From the NCBI GenBank assembly GCA_965205505.1, contig CBDBHB010000009.1:2816001-2880000 (forward strand): a DNA stretch of 64,000 nt, written 5' to 3'. This DNA comes from Acidobacteriota bacterium. GTDB taxonomy: Bacteria > Acidobacteriota > UBA890 > WLXD01. Within the stretch, counting starts at the first letter, position 1; each line of letters starts with the position of its first letter. The translations under genes were made by a program, and so were the position numbers. Of this stretch, positions 8,196-18,284 are shown piece by piece. The notes beneath the pieces are model-generated. The model did no database searches. It had not been told where the DNA came from and saw only the letters and a list, made by a program, of their open reading frames with translations.

Positions 8196-10370
8196 CTACC
8201 TTCTTCCGGAGCGGCGAGTCGCACTGCGACCCGAGGATCTACCGGATGCGCCGCGCGACGGGGCAGAGAACGACCGCCCGGATAGCCCTCCGCTGCGGCT
8301 GCTAATGGATGGTCCTCGAGGCGCTGAGAACGATCGCGGTGCCGAGAAGGATCGTGTGCTCGACACGCTCGACCGAGAGCCGAACACGTTCCGCGGCTGG
8401 ATCGACGGCACGTACCGTGACCTCGCCGATTGCTGCGTCCGCACCGAAGCGTAGCGTGGCGGGGCGGCTTGATAACGCTGCTGCGGTATCGTGCTTGATG
8501 CCCCGGTGGGTCGGTAGCTTCCACTGCGTGGCTGATAGCGACTTGTACTGGGTTGGTAGGCGCGAGTCTGAGGTTGGTACTGGCTGGTTCGCGGCGTGTA
8601 GCGGCTGATCGGCGTGCGCGATACCGCGCGCCGCACGTCGTTGCCCGCTCCTAAGGCACCGGTCAGGTTCGCCCGCGTTGGCAGGTCCAGCCCACGCGAC
8701 AGCGTCGCCGAGGACAAGCCACTCGAAGTTCCAGAGCGCGGCTTGGCCGTCGAGCCGGCTCGTGGCTTCGAGGAGCTCCGCGGCGAAGATTCGCTGCGCG
8801 GCCGAGCGCGACCGCGTCGTCCGGCATCCGATCCTCTTCCGTTACGCGGCGAAGACGGCCGAAAGCTGTTGCCGCGAACGGTGCTCGGCCGCGTCTGGAT
8901 GGCATCCCGTAGGGAGCCCCGGCCTGTGGCCGACCTCGACCCGGTGGGCACGTCCGGCCTGGCCAAGGAGCCGCGAGGTACCGCCGAGCGACTGCCCCCG
9001 AGAGCTCCGCGGCTCGGGAGCGTGGCACCGACCCCATTGCCGCGCGAGCTCGCAACGGTTGCCAAGAGGCTCGGCTTGCGGGGTCGTAGGTTGCCCTCGA
9101 AGCTCACCGCGTTGCCCGTTGCCTGACGAGGAACCGCGCTCCGCCCGGTGGCGCGAAGCTCCGTCTTCCCAGTTCCGAAATGATCGGCGTTTACGAAGGT
9201 CCAGCCATGGTCGGCGTCAAGGTTGCGAGCGTACCCCAAACCAGCCACTGCCTTGCCGCCGCGGCGCACTGCGTAATCGTAGTTGCGGCCGCCGTGATAA
9301 CCGTTTCCGTAACCGTAGTGGCCGCCGAAGAATAGATTCGCCGACAGGAACGGCCGGTTGTAGTAGCCGAGCGGGCTCCAACCCAAGTAGCCGCTGCCGG
9401 CGTACCAGCTAACCCAGCCCGGCGAGTACACGCTGCCCGGGAACCACATCCAGCCATAGGCCGGGGTGTGGTGCCAGCGCCCATAGTGCGATGTCGCCCA
9501 GCCCCAAGATGCGTACGGTACCCAGGTCCAGCCGGCGTAGGAGTAGACCCAGCGTCCATTACGGTACGGCGCCCAGCCGGCAGCCACAGAAGGTCGCCAG
9601 GCGTAGTCTGAGAAGTCGTCGTAGTAGACCCAGTCACCGTTGCGCTCCAGATCCGCGGCATACGGACGCGCCTCCTCAGGCACGTAATCGCGGTTGCGGA
9701 CGTGGTTCTGAGTTTCGGCCATGGCCACCCAGCGCTCGATCTGCCAGCTGGAAAAGCTGTCGTGTTCCGCGGTGTTGAAATCCACTACTTCAGCGGGCGC
9801 CGTTCCGGGCTCGACGTAGGTCGTTTCGCCGGCCGCGACGATCTCGGTGAGCCCGCCGGCGTCCATGGTTGCGTTGCCGTCGTACACCGACAACCAAGTG
9901 CGATGCTCGTCGTCGAGATCGACGCGATACGAGCCTTGCGGTCGTAGCACGATGGCGGCGTCGGCGGTATCGACGCGAAGTCCCTGCTCCGGACGATCAT
10001 AGGCGCCCGGTCGCTCGACGATCAGCGAGCCACCCCACATACGGATGATCGTGTCGCCTGCGCCAGCGCGAGGCAATGCCACGACGTCGACGGTGGTCAG
10101 GTGGTCGAGCCAGATGGTAGTGCCGTCGTCAAACGTCAGCTCGACGCGCCCCTGCTCGTTCGTCCACAGGCGATCACCGGCGTCCAGTGGCAAGTTGACC
10201 AGCGCGGCGGATGTCTCAGCGGCGTGCGCGCGCTGTACGGTGACGGTGCCTTCGAAGTAGCGCACGCGCGCCGGGACTGGATCGTTACCTTCTTGCGCGT
10301 GTGCGGGCGCCGCGAGGGTGAGCGCAAGAAGCAGGGCTGCCGCCAAGGAGAAATAACCGCGGTTTCGCAT
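8196..10370 (-). CDS. Secreted FecR-like / DUF6600 domain protein with a long low-complexity tail
   Basis: Signal peptide, FecR-like N-terminus (GDRLWT...GRVEL), W.PY..GRW...GWTW...WGW..HYGRW, R/S/G-rich C-terminus. Confidence 0.85.
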   Translation of the reverse strand: MRNRGYFSLAAALLLALTLAAPAHAQEGNDPVPARVRYFEGTVTVQRAHAAETSAALVNLPLDAGDRLWTNEQGRVELTFDDGTTIWLDHLTTVDVVALPRAGAGDTIIRMWGGSLIVERPGAYDRPEQGLRVDTADAAIVLRPQGSYRVDLDDEHRTWLSVYDGNATMDAGGLTEIVAAGETTYVEPGTAPAEVVDFNTAEHDSFSSWQIERWVAMAETQNHVRNRDYVPEEARPYAADLERNGDWVYYDDFSDYAWRPSVAAGWAPYRNGRWVYSYAGWTWVPYASWGWATSHYGRWHHTPAYGWMWFPGSVYSPGWVSWYAGSGYLGWSPLGYYNRPFLSANLFFGGHYGYGNGYHGGRNYDYAVRRGGKAVAGLGYARNLDADHGWTFVNADHFGTGKTELRATGRSAVPRQATGNAVSFEGNLRPRKPSLLATVASSRGNGVGATLPSRGALGGSRSAVPRGSLARPDVPTGSRSATGRGSLRDAIQTRPSTVRGNSFRPSSPRNGRGSDAGRRGRARPRSESSPRSSSKPRAGSTAKPRSGTSSGLSSATLSRGLDLPTRANLTGALGAGNDVRRAVSRTPISRYTPRTSQYQPQTRAYQPSTSRYQPRSGSYRPTGASSTIPQQRYQAAPPRYASVRTQQSARSRYVPSIQPRNVFGSRSSVSSTRSFSAPRSFSAPRGPSISSRSGGLSGRSFSAPSRGASGRSSGRSATRRSGRR

Positions 10371-10520
10371 CGTCGAACCCCTTTATTCTAGGGGACCCAC
10401 CCCTGGCGGGGTAAGGGGATTCGCCAACGGAGATCAGCCAGAGGACCCTTTCACGATACCTGCCACAATGGCAGCGGGTCAAATCTTGGCCGGAACGTCC
10501 CGGCTCCAACGCCACGCTTG

Positions 10521-10559
10521 CACCACGATAGGCAACGATCATCTGTTACAGGCCACTAG
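10521..10559. repeat. Terminal type 3 MITE end
   Basis: CACCACGATAgGCAACGATCATCTGTTACAGGCCACTAG, near-identical to 41284-41322. Confidence 0.8.
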
Positions 10560-10724
10560 TGCTGCGCCCCACAAATAGTGGTTACGCCTGTAGCGGCGGG
10601 ACGGGACGATCCCTTTGTCGCGGCTCCTCGACGATGTTCCAACATCGCCTCCGTCGCCGCTCCGCGGACTCGTCCCGTCGCGCTCGCTACAGGCGTACCC
10701 ACTATTTGTGGGGCGTAGCACTAG
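10556..10724. mobile_element. CTAG-bounded MITE-like element, terminal type 2, with one hairpin core
   Basis: 26-bp imperfect terminal inverted repeat including CTAG; core GGCGATG..CATCGTCGAGGA on the minus strand. Confidence 0.8.
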
Positions 10725-12073
10725 CGCCCTGCTAGACCTGCCAGGTAATCGCGCGTTTCTTTCCGGCACACCGAGGCCAGCCCGATCAGGCCGATGAGGT
10801 TCGGTACCGCCATCGCGGCGTTGAGCGCATCGGCGAGCTGCCAGACGAAGTCGACGCGTCCAATCGCTCCGACGAAAACCATTGCCGTGAACACCACCCG
10901 ATACGGGGTGATTAGCCGCGAGCCGAACAAGTACTCGATCGATCGCTCACCGTAGTACGACCAACCCAGGATCGTGGAGTAGGCGAAGAAGACCAACGCC
11001 AGCGGAACTACCACGCCGCCCGCGGCGCCGGGCAGGCCGGCGCTGAAGGCGTCGACCGACAAGGGGGCACCGTCGACGCCACTGCTCCATACCCCGGTCG
11101 AGATGATCACGAAGCCGGTCATCGAGCACACGACGATCGTGTCGATGAACGTCTGCGTCATCGACACCAGCGCCTGGGTTACCGGGTGCCGCGTTTGCGC
11201 TGCCGCCGCCGCGATCGCGGCAGAGCCCAGGCCGGACTCGTTCGAGAACACGCCGCGGCCGATGCCGTAGCGCATCGCCTGGGCTACGGTGGCGCCCAGG
11301 AAGCCGCCCGCCGCGGCTGTTGGCGAGAAGGCTTGGCTAACCACCAACGCGACGACGGAGGGTATTTGGTCCAAGCGCGTCACGATGACTACGAGCGCTG
11401 CACCGACATACAGCAGGATCATCCCCGGGACCAGAAACTGCGTGACGCGCGCGATGCCGCGAATGCCACCGATTATCACGGTCCCGGTGGCCACCGCGAT
11501 TAGCAGTCCGGTAGTCCAGACAGGCCAACCGAAGTAGCTTTCCATCGCCGTCGCGACGGAGTTGCTCTGCACCATGTTGCCGATGCCGAACGCCGCCAGA
11601 GCGGTAAGCAGCGCAAAGGCACTGCCCAGGAAGGGGCTCCCTAGGCCATCGCGGAGGTAGTACATGGGGCCGCCGCTCATCTGGCCGCGTGCGTCAGTGG
11701 TGCGGTACTTCACCGCCAGCAGGGCTTCGGCGTACTTCGTGGCCATGCCGAACAGTCCGGTCACCCACATCCAGAAGAGCGCCCCCGGACCGCCGGCGGC
11801 GATCGCCGTAGCCACACCGGCGATGTTCCCGGTGCCGACCGTGGCCGCGAGCGCCATCATCAACGCTTGGAAGTGTGAGATGTCGCCGTCCGCGTCGCCT
11901 TCCTCGCGACGCTTTACCAGGGCGAGGTAGAGTGAATGCCCGAGCAGGCGGAACTGAATCCCGCCGAGCACCACCGTCAAGTAGACCCCGGTCCCGACCA
12001 ACAGCAGCAGCATGGGAGGACCCCAGAGATAGCTGTTTATCAGGACGAGAAGGTCAGTCGCTTGCTCGGACAC
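10721..12073 (-). CDS. Sodium:alanine/glycine symporter (AGCS family)
   Basis: [37 protein letters not shown]; probable GTG start at 12073 (alternative 12136). Confidence 0.93.
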   Translation of the reverse strand: MSEQATDLLVLINSYLWGPPMLLLLVGTGVYLTVVLGGIQFRLLGHSLYLALVKRREEGDADGDISHFQALMMALAATVGTGNIAGVATAIAAGGPGALFWMWVTGLFGMATKYAEALLAVKYRTTDARGQMSGGPMYYLRDGLGSPFLGSAFALLTALAAFGIGNMVQSNSVATAMESYFGWPVWTTGLLIAVATGTVIIGGIRGIARVTQFLVPGMILLYVGAALVVIVTRLDQIPSVVALVVSQAFSPTAAAGGFLGATVAQAMRYGIGRGVFSNESGLGSAAIAAAAAQTRHPVTQALVSMTQTFIDTIVVCSMTGFVIISTGVWSSGVDGAPLSVDAFSAGLPGAAGGVVVPLALVFFAYSTILGWSYYGERSIEYLFGSRLITPYRVVFTAMVFVGAIGRVDFVWQLADALNAAMAVPNLIGLIGLASVCRKETRDYLAGLAGR

Positions 12074-12266
12074 CGATGGGCCTCCCTCGCTCGCCACCGG
12101 CGGACGAAGTGTGTTGGATCGAGTCACGGCGGCCATTGCGCCGGCTCAAGGCGCCGCGATGATAACCTGCCCGGTCGATACGATAACCGGCCATGGCTGA
12201 TTCGGCTTGCCCGGAGCGGCGCCTCTCACTACCGTTTCCCGCGTCTCTGCTGACGAGGTCGGGCGA

Positions 12267-13400
12267 ATGTCGAGCATCCAAGGGGAGCTGCAGTCCTACG
12301 CGGTGCGATCAGAAGAATCGCGCGGGCGCTGTTTTCCCGAGCCCGAGCACCCGTACAGGGGGCCTTTCGAGCGCGACCGCGACCGCATCGTTCACTCGCG
12401 TGCCTTTCGGCGGCTCGAGTACAAGACCCAGGTCTTCCCCAACCATCACGGAGACCACTTCCGTACTCGGTTGACGCACACCATCGAAGTGGCGCATCTG
12501 GCACGAACGGTGGCACGGGTCTTGGGACTCAACACTGCACTCAGCGAGGCGATCGCGCTGGCACATGACCTCGGCCATCCGCCGTTCGGACACGTTGGCG
12601 AGAGCGTCCTTGACGAGATGATGCACGATACCGGAGGCTTCGAGCATAACCGCCACACGCTGCGCACGGTGGTGGAGATTGAGGAGAAGTACGCCGGATT
12701 CCGAGGGTTGAACCTGACGTACGAGGTGCGCGAGGGAATCGCCAAGCACTCGGCGCGCTATGACCGCTTCGTCGGCGAGGAGATGCGGGAGTTTCGACCG
12801 CACGAACGCGCGCCGCTCGAGGCGCAGATCATCGATCTAGTAGACGATCTCACGTACAACGTGCACGACATCGACGACGGCGTCGAGGCGCATGTGCTTT
12901 CGGTTGATGAGTTGGTCGCGGACGCCCCGCTGTTCGGACGTATCTATACAAAGCTGAGCATCGAGCTCGCTGGCGCCTCCCGACGCGAGCTGTTCAACGA
13001 GACCATTCGGCGGATGGTGGACAGGCTCGCCACCGACTTGATCGAGAGTAGTCGCGAGGCGATCGCGGCGAGCGGAGTACGCAACCTGGCCGAGATTCGC
13101 GCCCTGCCGGCGAATCTGGCGTGCCATTCCGAGGGGGTCAAAGCGGACATGGCGGTGCTGGGCGAGGTGCTCTCGCAACGTCTCTACCAAAGTCCGTTGG
13201 TGCACGAGCAGATGGAGAGCGCCCGCCTGACGATCGAGCGACTCTTCCACGCCTACCTGGACGATCCCGAACTGCTACCTGAGCGTCATCGGCTAAGGGC
13301 GGACCGCGTCGGCACGCGTATCGCCATCGGCGACTATGTTGCCGGCATGACGGATCGTTTTGTGATCCGTGAGCACGATCGGATTATGAAAGACCGCTAG
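12267..13400 (+). CDS. dgt: Deoxyguanosinetriphosphate triphosphohydrolase
   Basis: RDRDRIVHS.AFRRL..KTQVF, RTRLTH, HDLGHPPFGH.GE, DYVAGMTD. Confidence 0.93.
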   Translation: MSSIQGELQSYAVRSEESRGRCFPEPEHPYRGPFERDRDRIVHSRAFRRLEYKTQVFPNHHGDHFRTRLTHTIEVAHLARTVARVLGLNTALSEAIALAHDLGHPPFGHVGESVLDEMMHDTGGFEHNRHTLRTVVEIEEKYAGFRGLNLTYEVREGIAKHSARYDRFVGEEMREFRPHERAPLEAQIIDLVDDLTYNVHDIDDGVEAHVLSVDELVADAPLFGRIYTKLSIELAGASRRELFNETIRRMVDRLATDLIESSREAIAASGVRNLAEIRALPANLACHSEGVKADMAVLGEVLSQRLYQSPLVHEQMESARLTIERLFHAYLDDPELLPERHRLRADRVGTRIAIGDYVAGMTDRFVIREHDRIMKDR

Positions 13401-13676
13401 CAGGCCGTGGTGGAAGTGTGGTGGGTCTGGTTACGGCGAGTTGGGGCCAGATGCAAGGCGGCCTGACACAGGCGATGCCCTAGCCATCGTCGAGGAAGGC
13501 CAACGCCGCAAGTGGCCCCAAATCGCCGTAACCCTTCGGGCGACAGGGGGGTTGCGCGCGTATGCTGCGTCGTTCCTCGTCAACGATGGAGTAACCATCG
13601 CCTCCTCCTCTCTCCTTGCCTGCACTTCGCAAGACCCTGTCGCCAGACCCACCACACTTTCACCACGGCCTGCTAG
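13397..13676. mobile_element. Full-length CTAG-bounded MITE-like element, terminal type 1 (two inverted hairpin units)
   Basis: About 34-bp terminal inverted repeat CTAGCAGGCCGTGGTGGAAGTGTGGTGGGTCTGG; followed by a type 3 remnant at 13673-13696. Confidence 0.85.
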
Positions 13677-13692
13677 TGGCCTGGTACAGGCC

Positions 13693-13956
13693 CTAGGCGG
13701 CGCCGAAGGTCGTGTCGGCATCGTCGCCGTCGTCGACCTCCACGAGGTTGGCTGCCGGCACCGCGACAGCTTGACCCCACTTGTCGAAGAGCACTGCGTA
13801 AACCCGTTCGCTGCGTTTCGGGTGGAAGCCGGCATCGGCGAGTTCCTTGTCGCTGAGCTGCCGCTGCACTGTGCCGAGCCAATCCTTGCAAACCATGATT
13901 TTGTGACCGATCTCGTCGCGCAGCTCCCCTGGCGTACGAACAACCTTGACGCGCAT
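13693..13956 (-). CDS. Small hypothetical protein (87 aa), possibly an SH3-like beta fold
   Basis: Strong GGAGGAG Shine-Dalgarno before ATG 13956; protein-like composition. Confidence 0.65.
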   Translation of the reverse strand: MRVKVVRTPGELRDEIGHKIMVCKDWLGTVQRQLSDKELADAGFHPKRSERVYAVLFDKWGQAVAVPAANLVEVDDGDDADTTFGAA

Positions 13957-14260
13957 CTGACTCCTCCGCTCCCGACCATGGACGCCCCATCGAATCGGGC
14001 GTCTTGCCACCCCATTTCACCGCGTCACGCCTCGAAAAACGCGCGTCGTGCGTGACCTGGCGACAACGTGCAAACTGCTCGCAAGTGTAGCATTTCCAAG
14101 GCGTTTCTGACTTCCGGATCGTTTGCCGGGCACCTAGGCCGATGGTACGCTGAACGAGCCTGCCGGGTGCGCTCATCGCTCCTCGTCGCCGCCCGCCGCG
14201 TGTCCTCTTTCGGTTCGATGGGAGTAGCTTGTTTCCTCACTGCCCCGCTGGAGTAGGTCT

Positions 14261-15040
14261 ATGGCCTGGACGATTTTCAGTCTCGAGAAACAAGACGGGG
14301 TAGCGATTGCCACGATGACCCGCGATCCCGGTAACAGCTACAACTCCGACCTCATGCACGAGCTAGCGGAGGTTGTCGAGGACGTCCGTCACGACTCGGC
14401 TGTTCGCGTAATGGTGCTGACCGGCGGCGGCGACAAGTTTTTCTCGGCCGGCGCCGACATCAACATGCTCGCCAGCAGCGATCCCCACACAAAGAGCGTG
14501 TTCTGCCTGCAGTGCAACGAGACGCTACAGGGACTGGAGCGTACTCCCAAGGTCATCATCGCCGCAATCAACGGTCATTGCGTCGGAGGCGGCCTGGAGA
14601 TTGCTCTCGCTTGCGATATGCGGATGATGGGACGCACGGTAGGCAAGATCGGCCTTCCCGAGGTCAAGCTCGGCGTGCTTCCGGGTACCGGTGGCTCACA
14701 GCGCCTGCCGCGCCTCATCGGCAAGGGACGAGCCCTCGAGATGATGGTCACCGGGGATCTGATCGATGCGGATGAGGCGAAGAGCATTGGCCTGGTGAAC
14801 CGCGTTGTGGACGGCGACGTGCTCGAGGAGACGGTTGCTTTCGCGAGGACCCTGGCAACTGGCGCGACGATGGCCCAGGGCCTGATCAAGCTTGCCGTTC
14901 AGGAGGGCATGGAGATGACGCTCAATTCGGGCCTTGCCCTCGAGCGTGAGCTGCAGAATCGCCTCTTCAGCTCAGCCGACGGACAGGAAGGCATCAAGGC
15001 GTACGCCGCCCGACGCGATCCCGATTTCCAAGGTCGCTGA
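14261..15040 (+). CDS. Enoyl-CoA hydratase/isomerase
   Basis: FFSAGADI, GGGLEIALACD, PEVKLG.LPG.GG. Confidence 0.92.
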   Translation: MAWTIFSLEKQDGVAIATMTRDPGNSYNSDLMHELAEVVEDVRHDSAVRVMVLTGGGDKFFSAGADINMLASSDPHTKSVFCLQCNETLQGLERTPKVIIAAINGHCVGGGLEIALACDMRMMGRTVGKIGLPEVKLGVLPGTGGSQRLPRLIGKGRALEMMVTGDLIDADEAKSIGLVNRVVDGDVLEETVAFARTLATGATMAQGLIKLAVQEGMEMTLNSGLALERELQNRLFSSADGQEGIKAYAARRDPDFQGR

Positions 15041-15056
15041 GCCAGGAGGGAGCGGC

Positions 15057-16265
15057 ATGCTCGATCTACGCGATGGTCGGCGCGTTCTGATTGCCGGCGC
15101 GGTACGTACTCCGATTGGTGCTTTTGGCGGCACCCTGCGCCCCTTGAGCGCCGTGGATCTGGGCAAGCACGCCGTGACCTGGGCCATGGAGCGCGCCGGC
15201 TTGGAGCCGACTGCCGTCGATGAAGTCATCATGGGGCATGCTCGCCAGGCGGGCTGCGGGCCAAACACCGCTCGGCAGGTCTCCGTGGGCAGCGGCATTC
15301 CCGTGACTACTCCCGCGTTCACCGTCAACCAGGCCTGTGCCTCCGGCATGAAGTCGATCATCCTGGCGGCACAGTCGATTGTTCTCGGGCTGGCTGATGT
15401 TGTCGTTGCGGGTGGCATGGAGAGCATGAGCAACACTCCGTACCTGTTGCCGACGGCGCGTTGGGGCACGCGGCTGGGGCACGCACAGCTTCTCGACGGG
15501 CAGTTCCAGGACGGCTTCATGTGTCCGCTGTGCGGCGATCTGATGGGACTTACTGCCGAGCGCCTTGCCGAACGGTACGAGATCTCCCGTACCGAACAGG
15601 ACGAGTACGCCGCGCGCAGCCAGCAGCGCGCCCAGGCAGCGCGCGCCGCTGGGGCGTTCGATGCGGAAATCGTTCCGCTGGATGTACCGGGACGGCGTGG
15701 CTCGACAGTCGTGACTCACGATGAGCACCCGCGCGTCGATGTCACCCCCGAAAGCCTGGCGCGGCTGACCCCCGTGTTCAAGAAGGGCGGCACGGTTCAT
15801 CCTGGCAATAGCAGCGGCGTTACAGACGGCGCGGCGGCCCTTGTGATGATGTCGGACGCGGCGGCGGAGAAGTATGGAGTGGAGCCCGAGGGACGGCTAC
15901 TTGCCGCAACGCAAGCGGGCGTCGATCCGGCGATCATGGGCATCGGACCTGTTCCAGCAGTTCGCGAGCTACTCGAACGGACCGACATGAGCCTGGCCGA
16001 CATTGACCGGGTGGAGCTCAACGAGGCTTTCGCGGCCCAGGTGCTGGCGGTCGATCGAGACCTGGGCTTTGATCACGCGCGGCTGAACAGCGACGGCGGC
16101 GCGATCTCGCTCGGCCACCCGATTGGCTGTACGGGGTCACGTATCGTGGTCACTTTGCTACACGCTCTACGTCGACGCGACGAGCGCTGCGGCCTGGCGA
16201 CGCTCTGCGTCTCGGGCGGCATGGGCACCAGCCTTCTGGTTGAGAGACTGGGAGCCAGTGGGTGA
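15057..16265 (+). CDS. Acetyl-CoA C-acetyltransferase (thiolase)
   Basis: NQACASG, NEAFAAQ, GHPIG, LCVSGG; AGGAGG before ATG 15057. Confidence 0.94.
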   Translation: MLDLRDGRRVLIAGAVRTPIGAFGGTLRPLSAVDLGKHAVTWAMERAGLEPTAVDEVIMGHARQAGCGPNTARQVSVGSGIPVTTPAFTVNQACASGMKSIILAAQSIVLGLADVVVAGGMESMSNTPYLLPTARWGTRLGHAQLLDGQFQDGFMCPLCGDLMGLTAERLAERYEISRTEQDEYAARSQQRAQAARAAGAFDAEIVPLDVPGRRGSTVVTHDEHPRVDVTPESLARLTPVFKKGGTVHPGNSSGVTDGAAALVMMSDAAAEKYGVEPEGRLLAATQAGVDPAIMGIGPVPAVRELLERTDMSLADIDRVELNEAFAAQVLAVDRDLGFDHARLNSDGGAISLGHPIGCTGSRIVVTLLHALRRRDERCGLATLCVSGGMGTSLLVERLGASG

Positions 16266-17059
16266 GCGCACGGTTCTTGGTGACCATGCAGCGCGACGGT
16301 GCCATTGCCGAGATCACGTTGTCGCGGGCCGAGAAGCTCAACGCACTGGCCAATGACATGCGCGAGCAACTACACGATCGCATAATCGAGGCGGCGCGTG
16401 ACGAGCGAATCGCGGCGCTGGTGATCACCGGCGAGGGCAAGGCCTTTTGCGCCGGTGGCGATGTCGACGCACTGGCGAAGCTTCGTGATGCGAACGACCA
16501 TCGCGGGTTCCACGAGATCCTCCATGCCAGTGTGGAGTGCGTTCTGGCGCTACAGGCGTTTCCCGGATTGACGGTGGCCGCGATCAACGGGGTGGCAGCG
16601 GGCGCCGGGTTCGCACTCGCACTCAATTGCGACTTGCGCGTCGCTGCTGACACTGCCCGACTCGCCGCGAGCTGGGGCAACATTGGCCTGGCGCCCGATT
16701 GGGGTGCGAGCTTCTGGCTGCCGCAGCTGGTCGGCTACTCGCGAGCCCTCGAGCTAGTGGTCAGCGGACGTGCGGTAGATAGCGCCGAAGCGCTACAGCT
16801 GGGGCTGGTACACGATGTGGTGCCCCCCGGCGAGGTTCGCAAGCGTGCAGCGATGCTCGCCCAGCGTGGCATGGCACACGAAATGGTCCGCCAGACCAAG
16901 TACCTGCTGCGGCGTGGATTGGAAGGCTCTCTGGAGGCCAGCTTGGCGGCGGAGACCGAAGCTCAGGAAGATCTGTTTGCCGGCGATGACGTAGCCGAGG
17001 GACTGAGGGCGTTCCGTAACAAGCGCGTACCACTATTTGACGGACGCAAGAAGAAGTGA
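16262..17059 (+). CDS. Crotonase-family isomerase (PaaG-like)
   Basis: AFCAGGD, AAGAG, GL.PD.G (Asp type). Confidence 0.85.
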   Translation: MSARFLVTMQRDGAIAEITLSRAEKLNALANDMREQLHDRIIEAARDERIAALVITGEGKAFCAGGDVDALAKLRDANDHRGFHEILHASVECVLALQAFPGLTVAAINGVAAGAGFALALNCDLRVAADTARLAASWGNIGLAPDWGASFWLPQLVGYSRALELVVSGRAVDSAEALQLGLVHDVVPPGEVRKRAAMLAQRGMAHEMVRQTKYLLRRGLEGSLEASLAAETEAQEDLFAGDDVAEGLRAFRNKRVPLFDGRKKK

Positions 17060-17136
17060 CTCGGGAGCGCGCGGCGGCGAGAGTCAACGACGGGCAGCGC
17101 GACCTCGTCGAGGCAGCGTCACGCCGGTCGCCGGTA

Positions 17137-17460
17137 TCATGCGGTCGCCGGCCTGCGGATCACTGTAACGAGGGCCCAAACCACCAGCCCCAGCAATAGC
17201 AGCGGCACCGCCAGGATCACGAGCTTCAGCAGCAGTAGGGTTCCGAGCAGCAGGGCCACCGGTAGCATCAGCACCACCACCGGCAACAACAACAGGCCGC
17301 CGAGCACCCAGCCGATCGTCGAGAAGGCCACCTTCACACCAAAGCCGATCAGTTTCATGAGCACGATCAACGGTAGTAGCAGTACACCGAGGAGCACTAC
17401 GAGCACACATCCGACGGCGATCAGGGCGACCAAGCCGATCAGAGCTCCAATGACTTCCAC
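17137..17460 (-). CDS. Small hydrophobic membrane protein
   Basis: AGGAGGAG Shine-Dalgarno; nearly all hydrophobic, several predicted transmembrane segments. Confidence 0.8.
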   Translation of the reverse strand: MEVIGALIGLVALIAVGCVLVVLLGVLLLPLIVLMKLIGFGVKVAFSTIGWVLGGLLLLPVVVLMLPVALLLGTLLLLKLVILAVPLLLLGLVVWALVTVIRRPATA

Positions 17461-17496
17461 GATCTCCTCCTGCCGTGTCCGAGCCTCGGTTCTCTA

Positions 17497-17522
17497 TACG
17501 CCAACCTTGTCGAGTGGTTTCG
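17497..17522 (-). promoter_or_regulatory. ECF sigma-type promoter
   Basis: CGAAAC-N16-CGTA, similar to SigW-type TGAAAC-N16-CGTA. Confidence 0.5.
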
Positions 17523-17529
17523 GTGTTCG

Positions 17530-18231
17530 TCAGAAGTACACCGAGAACACGATTACGTTGGCGATGAAGTGGGCCGTCACTGCCGACTCCCAGCCACCGC
17601 GTAGGTAGCTAACCGCCAGTAATGGAGCCAGCAGCATCGCCGGCACCGGGCTGAACGGATGGGCGAGACCGAACAGAACAGATGAGATGAGCACTGCCGC
17701 CGAAACCATCCAGCGGCTCGGCTGCGGCTGGGTCGTGATGGCGCGGGCGGCGCCCCCCTTCAGTCGTAGGCGGTATTGTCGCGGCCTCGTCCTCACGACG
17801 ATCGATACGAGGAACGGAATCATGAACAACCTGAAGAAGGTCTCCTCGAGCAACGCCGCGCGCGCCGAGAACAATACGGTTCCCAGGGGTGTCTGGATGC
17901 GCCTCCAAAACCAGGGACGGAGAGCCACCCCGTCTCCGCCCGAGAGCACGATGTTGCCGATACATAGCAATAGCCCAACCCCGACGCCGTAGATGGCCCA
18001 CCGTGTCCAGAGCGTTCGCGTTGGCAGCGGAGACAGGATCAGCAGGCTCGGAAGGCCGATCTCGCCAGCCGTCCACACTGCGAAGGTGGTGATGATGCCG
18101 GAGGTAGCGATATAGAACCCGACGATGGCCAGGGATGTAGCCGGGGTCAGACTGCCGGTGAAAGTCTCGTAGGCCAGGGCCACGACGACCATGATCGCGA
18201 CATAGCCGGTGACGGCTGCGGCTCGCCTCAC
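17530..18231 (-). CDS. CPBP (Abi/CAAX) family intramembrane glutamic protease
   Basis: EETFFR, FGLAH, AHFIAN motifs. Confidence 0.85.
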   Translation of the reverse strand: MRRAAAVTGYVAIMVVVALAYETFTGSLTPATSLAIVGFYIATSGIITTFAVWTAGEIGLPSLLILSPLPTRTLWTRWAIYGVGVGLLLCIGNIVLSGGDGVALRPWFWRRIQTPLGTVLFSARAALLEETFFRLFMIPFLVSIVVRTRPRQYRLRLKGGAARAITTQPQPSRWMVSAAVLISSVLFGLAHPFSPVPAMLLAPLLAVSYLRGGWESAVTAHFIANVIVFSVYF

Positions 18232-18284
18232 CGCAGGTCGCTATTCCGTGCCTTCTGGTTACGAGACATTTCCACCACTGCCTG

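Noticed and set aside
13465-13500. Core internal loop as a canonical kink-turn
   Set aside because: The 3-nt bulge plus GA is present, but the partner GA occurs in only about 5 of 8 copies, so it is not called
13397-13676. Repeats as a CRISPR array or integron attC sites
   Set aside because: Copies are dispersed and inverted with no regular repeat-spacer period; no cas or integrase gene
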